From Octopus sinensis (taxonomy: Eukaryota), in contig NC_043012.1 of the NCBI RefSeq assembly GCF_006345805.1, positions 41,354,001-41,418,000 of the forward strand: DNA of 64,000 nt. Direction: 5' to 3'. The notes below the pieces were generated by a model. The model saw only the letters and a list, made by a program, of their open reading frames with translations, did not search any database and was not told the origin of the DNA. Made by a program: the position numbers and the translations under genes. Of this stretch, positions 56,201 through 64,000 are shown piece after piece; the stretch's first letter is position 1; every line of letters begins with the position of its first letter.

Positions 56201-58411
56201 CTCTTTTACCTATAAACATGGGATCTTCTCTTTTACCTATAAACATGGGATCTTCTCTTTTACCGACAAACATGGGATCTTCTCTTTTACCGACAAACAT
56301 GGGATCTTCTCTTTTACCGACAAACATAGGATCTTCTCTTTTACCGACAATCATGGGATCTCTTTTACCGACAAACATGGGGGCTTCTCTTTTACCGATG
56401 AACATAGGATCCTCTCTTTTACCTACAAACATAGGATCTTCTCTTTTACCGACAAACATAGGATCTTCTCTTTTACCAACAAACATAGGATCTTCTCTTT
56501 TACCGACAAACATCGGATCTTCTCTCTTACCAACAAACATGGGATCTCTTCTTTTACCGACAAACATCGGATCTTCTCGTTTACCAACAAACATAGGCTC
56601 TTTCTCTCGTTTACCAACAAACATATGACTTTCTCTTTTACCGACAAACATGGGATCTTCCCCTCGTTTACCCACGAACATAGGATCCACCCCTCGTTTG
56701 CCAACGAATACAGGATCTTCCTCTCGTTTACCGACAAACACTGGATCCTCCTCTCGTCTACCGATAAACATAGGATCTTCTCGTTTCCTGACAAACATAG
56801 GGTTCTTCTCTCGTTTACCCACAAACATTGGATCGTCTCGTTTACCTACAAACCTAGGATTTCTTTTACCGACAAACATAGGCTCTTTCCCCCGTTTACC
56901 GATAAACATTGGATCTTCACGTTTACCAACAATCATAGGCTCTTTCTCTCTTTTACCAACAAACATTGGATCTTCATCACGTTTACCAACAAACATAGGT
57001 TCTTTCCCCCGTTTCCCGACAAACATAGGATCTTCTCGTTTACCGACAAACACAGGATCATCCTCTCGTTTTCCAACAAACATGGGATTTTCCTCACGTT
57101 TACCGACAAACATTGGATCCTGCTCTCTTTTACGACCAAATACAGTCTCCCTGGAAAATGGTGCAACGAAAGCTGAGGGAAATGACGCCGGCTTTTGTTT
57201 TCCCGTTAAAAACGTATCGTTATTTCGTAAAGAACGAAATATTAGATCCGGTTCATGTATATTAGTGTATACAGATCTTGAATTTCGCTTTCTGGGAAAT
57301 AAGGGATGATCGTTTTGTCGTTTGCCTGCCGATACAGAATCATAATGAACTCGTTTGCTTATAATAATGGGATCATCTGGTTTGTTTAAAAACGTGTGAT
57401 CCGGATATTGTTTTCCTCCAAATAAGGGCTCACCATGGAATGGTTTGCCTGTATATATTACATTATCATCGTATATGGGATCGCCTGGCTTGTTTGATAT
57501 GTCCTGGTCAAGATAATCATGTGTAGGTAACTGATTAATATAACCTCTTTTTCCTACAAATAAGGGGTCATCATCTCGTTTGCCTACAAAAAGAGGATCA
57601 TCATCTCGTTTGCCTACAAATAAAGGAGTTTCTAGCTTTTGGTCATGATAATTCTGTTTTCTTCTAAATAATGGAACTTGTATACTTGCTAACAAGGGAT
57701 TTTCCTCCGTACGTCGTTTGTTTACAAATAACCGATGGAGTGAATTCTCAACGGAGAGAGGGTATTCACTCCTTTTGCCTACAAACATGGGATCTTCGTC
57801 CCTTTTACCTACAAACATGGGATCTGGATTTCGTTTACCAACAAAAAAGGGATCTGAATCTCGTTTACCAACAAAAAAGGGGTCTGGATCTCGTTTACCT
57901 ACAAAAAGGGGGTCTGAATCTCGTTTGCCTAGAAAAAAGGGTTCTGAATGTCGTTTACCTACAAAAAACGGATCTGGGTCTCGTTTACCAACAAAGAAAG
58001 GGTCTGGGTCTCTTTTACCTACAGAAAAAGGGTCAGGATTTCTCTTCCTTATATATAAAGTGTTTGGATCCCTTTTACCAACGAAGATGGGGTCTGGATC
58101 CCGTTTACCGACAAATGAAGTGTCTGGATCCTTTTTACCTACAAAGAATGGATCTGGAACCCGTCTACCAACAAAAAGGTGGTCCCGACCCCGTTTTCCT
58201 ACAAAAAAAGGATCTTGATCCCTTTTCCCCACAAAAAATGGATCTAGGTCCCGTTTTCCCACAAAAAATGGATCTGGGTCCCGTTTTCCTACAAAAAAAG
58301 GATCTGGATCCCTTTTATCTATAAACATGGGGTCTGGATCTCGTTTATCAACATATAAATGATGTTCGTCGTTCCGATTACCTAACAACATTGTGTCCGG
58401 ATCCTGTTTAT
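53241..58411 (-). CDS. Exon C (last coding exon) of a neuropeptide precursor: giant PxFVamide / Mytilus-inhibitory-peptide-type array
   Basis: Uninterrupted frame with roughly 120-130 units such as EDPMFVGKR, EDPMFIGKR and DPDPFFVGKR (Gly amide donor plus dibasic site). Strong acceptor CTCCACACTTTCTTTGCAG|AT at 58412/58411, phase 1. Stop TGA at 53243-53241. PMFVamide is the C-terminus of the Mytilus peptides GSPMFVa and GAPMFVa. Confidence 0.93.
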
Positions 58412-59860
58412 CTGCAAAGAAAGTGTGGAGAATTTTCGTATTAGCTGATTTCATACCATTACCTTCTTTATATTATCCTTAATTAATCTAGAATATTTCA
58501 TATTTTTGTTGATATTCTTGTAACTAATTATATTCCCAACGTGAAACAGTAACGGAAAAATATTTATATTAACGGATCAGCTTCGACGAATGACAAGGTC
58601 TTGGCTATATTTCTTTTAAGTTCTGCCGCATCACACATTTCATTTTATACTTTCCAGCTTTTCATCGTGTGTTTACAAGTCTTGGTGCTTCGGGGATTTT
58701 GGTTGAATCTTGATATTTGTATCCCAATGCATTATCCACAAAAATTTGAGTAAAATTCTTTGTTAAAAGCATTTTTTCTTAGATCTTTAGCCAGGGAAAA
58801 AAGTGGTTTCATATGTGCTACTACGTGAAGCATTTAAGCAGAATGCAATAGCTGATTCCCTAATGTAGACTCTGTAACCATTCTAATTGCTATGATGCTA
58901 TGGATTTAAAGGCATTAAATAATCTGCGATATTACTTTTGATAAATATATTTGGAATTCCGTGATTATAACTTGTGATATAGTATTGTCTATTACTTTGC
59001 ACTTACGTTTATTGTAGAAAAGAAAATGTTCTTCGCTATAGTTTGAAATGCTTGTCAAGTCGATCTATTATTTTCCCAGTGTTCTTTAGTTATATTTCGA
59101 ATGAGAACATTGTGACAACTATGCCTGTAAACACGAAAAGGATGAGAGATTCCTGCACCTAAGACATCTGTACTAGTATGGTATTTAGGTTCTCCAAATG
59201 GATTGTATATTTGAACATTGCAAGTCATTTGTAAGGAGGCTATCCATTTAAAACAAGGTTTTTTTTCTTTAAAAGGACAAATGGAGAAAAAATTTGAATA
59301 AATTTGAAATTGCTATCTTGAGTCGCTGAAACGAATTGTGGAACGAATTTGGATATTGAATCCTATTAGCTAAGAATCTATCCTAAGAGCTGGCTGCCAG
59401 CAGATTTAATTTGATGTTATTGGACATTCCTGAAACATTATTACCATTTGATCCACTCGTATGATGCATTTCAGTTGCACCATTTAACGTTGTTTGGAAC
59501 GATTGTCACTTACCATTATTGAAAATTCCCTATAACCTGATATGCCATTCACTGACATTTCTGACGAAAAAAGGGAGAGCGGTAGTTTACCTCTTCCTCT
59601 CTAGATGAAATTTTAAATGCTCAGACTAAATTAAATCGCTAGTAATTTTCTGCGAGAAATGTTTTTCCCGCGAGCTTTTCTATCTATATCAGGAATATTA
59701 GCGAATCTCTAGTGTACACACCAATTTCACTTACCGATTAATACAAATTGTATACCTTTACGTCTGAAAGTATTCCAAATTTTAAGATCAAGCAGTTTAG
59801 CTAAGGTTTCAGTAGCATTGTGCCAAATTCTCGGGTCCAACATTTCCAAATTATTCTTAC

Positions 59861-60508
59861 CTAAAAATTCCATTGGACGCTTATCAAAGTAATCCAATTT
59901 TCTTTTTCCCAAAAATTCCATGGGGCGCTTTCCTAGGAATTCCATACCTCTTTTTCCAAGGAACTCCATTGGGCGTTTACCTAAAAATTCCATTGATCGT
60001 TTTCCAAGAAATTCCATTGGTCTTTTCCCTAAGAATTCCATACGCCTTTTTCCCAAGAATTCCATCCGTCTTTTACCCAAGAATTCCATTCTTCTTTTAT
60101 CATCTAAATCATCTGCTCTCTTTCCCAAGAATTCCATAGGACGTTTCCCCAAAAATTCCATAGGGCGTTTACCCAAAAATTCCATCGGTCTTTTTCCTAA
60201 GAATTCCATTGGTCTTTTTCCTAAGAATTCCATCGGTCTTTTGCCAAGGAATTCCATCGGCCGTTTACCAAGAAATTCCATTGGTCTTTTACCGAGAAAT
60301 TCCATCGGCCTCTTTTCAAGACCCTCATCTTCGTCATCAGTATAGGCAATGAAAGGATCATTCATTACCGATTCATCTGGTAGCGCTACTTCACCATTAT
60401 CTTGCGTATGACCACTAGGGATGTTCAAATAGGAACTGCCTACAAGTGGCTTCATAACTGTGTCCTTCACTGCGTTTTTCACAGACTCTGAATCAGCGGC
60501 ATTGTAAT
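59861..60508 (-). CDS. Exon B of the same precursor: xMEFLamide (EFLamide/TRH-type) array; can extend to a stop at 59727 if the donor is not used
   Basis: 17 xMEFLG-K(R) units (12 PMEFL, 3 RMEFL, 1 SMEFL, 1 GMEFL). Acceptor TGTGTTTCTTTGTATTTCTAG|AT at 60509/60508 and donor TTAG|GTAAGA at 59861/59860, both phase 1. Length is 648 nt, a multiple of 3. Confidence 0.88.
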
Positions 60509-61003
60509 CTAGAAATACAAAGAAACACAACAAATCAACACAAGACATCCACACTACACCATAAATACCGGAGGAAACAGCAGCATCCACAGCATCAGCG
60601 GCAACAGCAGCAGCAGAAAGAGCAAAATTAGTAACCAGTCATACAAAACTTAGCAAAACCTTAAACATTCTCTCCTCCATTTTATCTTTAATTCTACATG
60701 TCCTCTTTGTACGCGGGCGTGCGCATGTGTGCGTGTGTGTGTGTGTTTATGTTTGTAATGTAAATTTGTATATAACAGATTCCTCGAAAATAATCTGACT
60801 AAAATGTCCAGTTAAAACATGGCGACGTAGAAATCAATAACGTGCAGAAATGTTTGTCTGACGATACGGATGTTCATTAGATCTGCTTGAAGCTACGAGT
60901 TTGGTTTTCAGTTGAATGAATTAAATTACTTATATCCAGCCCATGCTACTCAGTACTTTCCTACTTTCATCCCGTTCGTTTGTATACTTATATTCATGTG
61001 TAT

Positions 61004-61103
<100 letters not shown>

Positions 61104-61287
61104 CCAAATTTAGAGGACTGACCACTAAAACAATGGACAGCCTATATACTAGATATAGACTTTTACATTTTGTTTTTTTGCTGAACATTTTCTTGCGAAC
61201 ACATTCTTCGTGGAAAATGGCGATTTCGACGTCTATATCTAGCATATAAGGTGTCCATTTTTTTAGTGGTCAGTCCTCTAAATTTTG
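61104..61287. mobile_element. MITE with ~55-bp imperfect terminal inverted repeats and TA flanks (Tc1/mariner-type), in intron 1 of the neuropeptide gene
   Basis: TA|CCAAATTTAGAGGACTGACCACTAAAA..TGGACA...CTAGATATAGAC pairs with GTCTATATCTAG...TGTCCA..TTTTAGTGGTCAGTCCTCTAAATTTTG|TA. Confidence 0.8.
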
Positions 61288-61481
61288 TAAGTAAAAAAAA
61301 TTTTAATCTTCGGAATTTTTTAAAATATGCTAGGCCACTGGTTTTGATTGATTAATATCCATTTCTACCCTTATTTAATTATATATATATAGATAGATAT
61401 GAGTGTTTGTGTGTGTGTGAGTATCTGTGTGTTAATGAATACTTTTCTACTTTCCTAATATGTATTTATGTATATATACAT

Positions 61482-61518
<37 letters not shown>

Positions 61519-61552
61519 AAGGCTGGATATAAGTAATATATATAAAGGTGTG

Positions 61553-61592
<40 letters not shown>

Positions 61593-62198
61593 TGTGTGTG
61601 CGTGTGTGTATGTACGTGAACGAAATGAGAAATAAGGAAAGATTCGAAAATTGAAGGAAGTTTATTGAAACTTTACATTTCGGGTGCAAAGGCCCATCTT
61701 CACAGGATTACACTAAAGGTAATATGTATCTACATAGACCCTGCCATACTGGAAAGTCCGCTGCTTGTGCTGGTAGCAGTAGCTCCTCAAATCCTGCTGT
61801 AGCTGGGAAGGCAGATGTGGCGCATTCTGCATGATTACAACTTTTCCTTATTCTTCATTTCACTCATTATTCTATGTCTGTAAAAATTCTGTCATAAAAC
61901 TGTGTATGTTTGTGTGTGTAATTGAGTGGGTGTGTATTTAATTAGATGATATATATTTTATAAAAACACACATACAACACGCATGTATCTATATACGTAC
62001 ACATAGATAAACACATAACGCGACACAGGAAATATTTTATCCAGGCTCACAGATTCATGCAGAAATAATATGAATATCTATGTATGTATTTAGCTACATA
62101 TGTGTTTGTATGTATAGATGTATGTATGTATGTATCTATCTATCTAACTCTGTATGTATGTATCTATCAATCTATCTATCCATCTATCTATCTATCTG

Positions 62199-62239
<41 letters not shown>

Positions 62240-62257
62240 ATATATTATATATATGTG

Positions 62258-62307
<50 letters not shown>

Positions 62308-62739
62308 ATAACATACATACATTCATGTGTATGCACGTATGTATGTATTCCAAGAAGGCACGGTACCAATGACGGTCTGTTCTACTTTTGCTTGTAGTAA
62401 ATAAAAACATTCCTGAGATTTTCAATATTTTGTTTTGTTAGAAGTAATTGCTGAGTATGTAGTGTGGTAATTTCGGCCGTATCTCGAAATATCACATCCA
62501 TCTCTCACTCGTACACACACAGCAGCTATCATATTCTCACATATGTGCAACAGAGCATATACATACACATATATATATGTGTGTATAGAAAACAACCGTT
62601 GGGTGTAGAAAACAACCGTTGCTTTCGTATATACACCTTCACATAGTTACACACGCAAACATCTATAAGTAAATATGTGAGTGTGTCAGAGATATATTAA
62701 GGAACTATATGGACAGAGAATCGCTTTGAAATTACATAC

Positions 62740-62821
62740 CGATGAGATGCCCATTCTTGACCTGTCCCCAAACTGAGGCAGATAGAATTACCACAATGTA
62801 CACAGACAAGTAGATCCTCAT
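62740..62821 (-). CDS. Exon A coding part: signal peptide of the neuropeptide precursor (not in the ORF track)
   Basis: ATG at 62821 gives MRIYLSVYIVVILSASVWG|QVKNGHLI plus one G: basic n-region, hydrophobic h-region and a V-x-G cleavage site. Donor G|GTATGT at 62740/62739 is phase 1, matching both downstream acceptors. An upstream acceptor TTGTCTTTGTTTTCTTTTATTGCAG| at 62850/62849 implies a further non-coding 5' exon. Confidence 0.85.
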
Positions 62822-62941
62822 TTCTAATGTAATTTGCTGCTTGAAGCTTCTGCAATAAAAGAAAACAAAGACAAGGTAAGTAAATTCATCAATTTCTCAA
62901 GTCTATATGTGTATATATATATATATATATATTTATGTATG

Positions 62942-63001
<60 letters not shown>

Positions 63002-63255
63002 AATATATGTATGTATATATGTATATACGTATACATACATATATATATATATGTATATATTATATATGTATATGTATATCTATATATATATAGTGAATAT
63101 ATAAATAATTCCAGAAGATTGATAGAGAGAATGAGAGAGAGAGAGAAAGAGAGAAAGAGAGAGATGAAATGCTCATTGTATAATAAATATGAAAAGTAAT
63201 ATGTTAAATCTCATGTTCGAAATAATCAACGAGTGTATATATACATACACACATA

Positions 63256-63427
63256 CACACATTCATATATACATATATATACACACACATTCATACATGT
63301 ATATTTACCTATATGTGTGTATGTATGTTTATATGTATGAATATATACATATAAACATACATACACACATATAGGTAAATATACATGTATGAATGTGTGT
63401 GTATATATATGTATATATGAATGTGTG
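63256..63427. repeat. Perfect inverted repeat, 83-bp arms with a 6-nt spacer
   Basis: 63256-63338 is the reverse complement of 63345-63427, including the non-microsatellite core ATATTTACCTAT/ATAGGTAAATAT. Confidence 0.85.
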
Positions 63428-63463
63428 CATGTGTGTATGTATATATATGTATATATATATGTA

Positions 63464-63538
<75 letters not shown>

Positions 63539-63631
63539 AAAAGAGGATAAAATCTTTATACGAATTTATCAAGTAGTTAGCGTGAAAAACCTCATAAGGG
63601 AAAATTTATTAATTAATCTCTTTAAATATAT

Positions 63632-63688
<57 letters not shown>

Positions 63689-63806
63689 ATATATATATAT
63701 ACATATATATGAATCGGCTTCATTACGCAATATTTTAATAAGGAAAAGCAATAGAAAACTCCAGCTGTCACAAGTATTTTCTCACAATCAACTTTTATTT
63801 CCTGTT

Positions 63807-63895
63807 TTACAAGTGTTCAAGGTGGCCACCACCTGCAACACGGGCAACATCAATGCGATAAGAGAATTCCTCCCAGACGCGTATCAGCATTTCAA
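63807..63895 (-). mobile_element. Tc1/mariner-superfamily transposase C-terminal remnant
   Basis: EMLIRVWEEFSYRIDVARVAGGGHLEHL* resembles the ML.RVW.E..YR.D.CR...G.HIE terminus. Confidence 0.65.
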
Positions 63896-64000
63896 AAACA
63901 ATTTCATTGTGGAAGTAAAAAATAAATTTGCGTTGTTTGAGGCGATTGCAGAAGATATTGACATAGAAGGGAAATGGAAAAACTTCGATAAAGCTTTCAA
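63896..64000 (+). mobile_element. Possible RTE-type LINE ORF2 fragment (endonuclease-RT linker), running off the window edge
   Basis: NNFIVEVKNKFALFEAIAEDIDIEGKWKNFDKAF resembles the F..E..NRF..L......W linker. Only 35 residues are visible. Confidence 0.45.

Noticed and set aside
54260-57120. CRISPR-like or satellite reading of the 27-nt array
   Set aside because: The units are contiguous with no unique spacers and keep a reading frame with synonymous variation, and the context is eukaryotic.
54253-57309. Long plus-strand ORFs (791, 972 and 219 aa) antisense to the FVamide array
   Set aside because: They are by-products of a 27-nt repeat with no stop codons on the opposite strand. The translations (SSLLPTNMG, FSFTDKHGI repeats) have no processing logic or signal peptide.
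58412-58454. MKSANTKILHTFFA as the N-terminus of the 1737-aa ORF
   Set aside because: It is not a signal peptide, in-frame stops lie just upstream, and the segment is the polypyrimidine tract and AG of the exon C acceptor.
58463-58487. Possible 25-nt mini-exon or upstream alternative acceptor (TATTCTAG|ATTAA...AAG|GTAATG)
   Set aside because: Weak pyrimidine tract, a phase-1 entry hits TAA at once, and the following intron would be only 51 nt. Kept only as a remote route to an EFLamide-only product.
60509-60680. Alternative starts for the EFLamide ORF: GTG at 60590, MSCVDLLCFFVFL at 60548, and the TGA-interrupted MEERMFKVLLSFV*LVTNFALSAAAVAA from 60680
   Set aside because: The hydrophobicity comes from the polypyrimidine tract and a (CTG)n microsatellite. 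The exon at 62821-62740 supplies a cleaner signal peptide with a consensus donor in the right phase, so no stop-codon recoding is needed.
62834-62885. Perfect plus-strand donor AAG|GTAAGT at 62875/62876, suggesting an antisense exon
   Set aside because: There is no supporting acceptor or coding signal. It coincides with the complement of the minus-strand acceptor region and can arise by chance.

Overview
AT-rich, microsatellite-dense animal genomic DNA. Its tRNA-derived SINE families resemble the octopus OK/OR types, so it is most likely an octopus or other coleoid cephalopod (inference). The only well-supported host gene is a minus-strand neuropeptide precursor at about 53.2-62.8 kb, which the ORF track shows only in pieces. 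Read by hand it has three coding exons joined by phase-1 introns. Exon A (62849-62740) encodes a signal peptide, MRIYLSVYIVVILSASVWG|Q. Exon B (60508-59861, 648 nt, frame-symmetric) carries 17 xMEFL-G-K(R) units, which are EFLamide/TRH-type peptides. Exon C (58411-53241) is a 5.2-kb exon with roughly 120-130 PxFV/PxFI-G-KR units, which are Mytilus-inhibitory-peptide/PxFVamide-type peptides. The splice phases allow a hybrid, an FVamide-only and an EFLamide-only precursor from one gene. The other ~53 kb is repeat landscape: SINEs, CR1, RTE and R4/Dong LINE fragments, Penelope-like remnants, mariner/Tc1 remnants, a Helitron-type element, a MITE, perfect fold-backs, and several hammerhead-ribozyme-like motifs in short repeats. 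Repeat boundaries are approximate. Gene splice coordinates were read base by base but lack transcript support.
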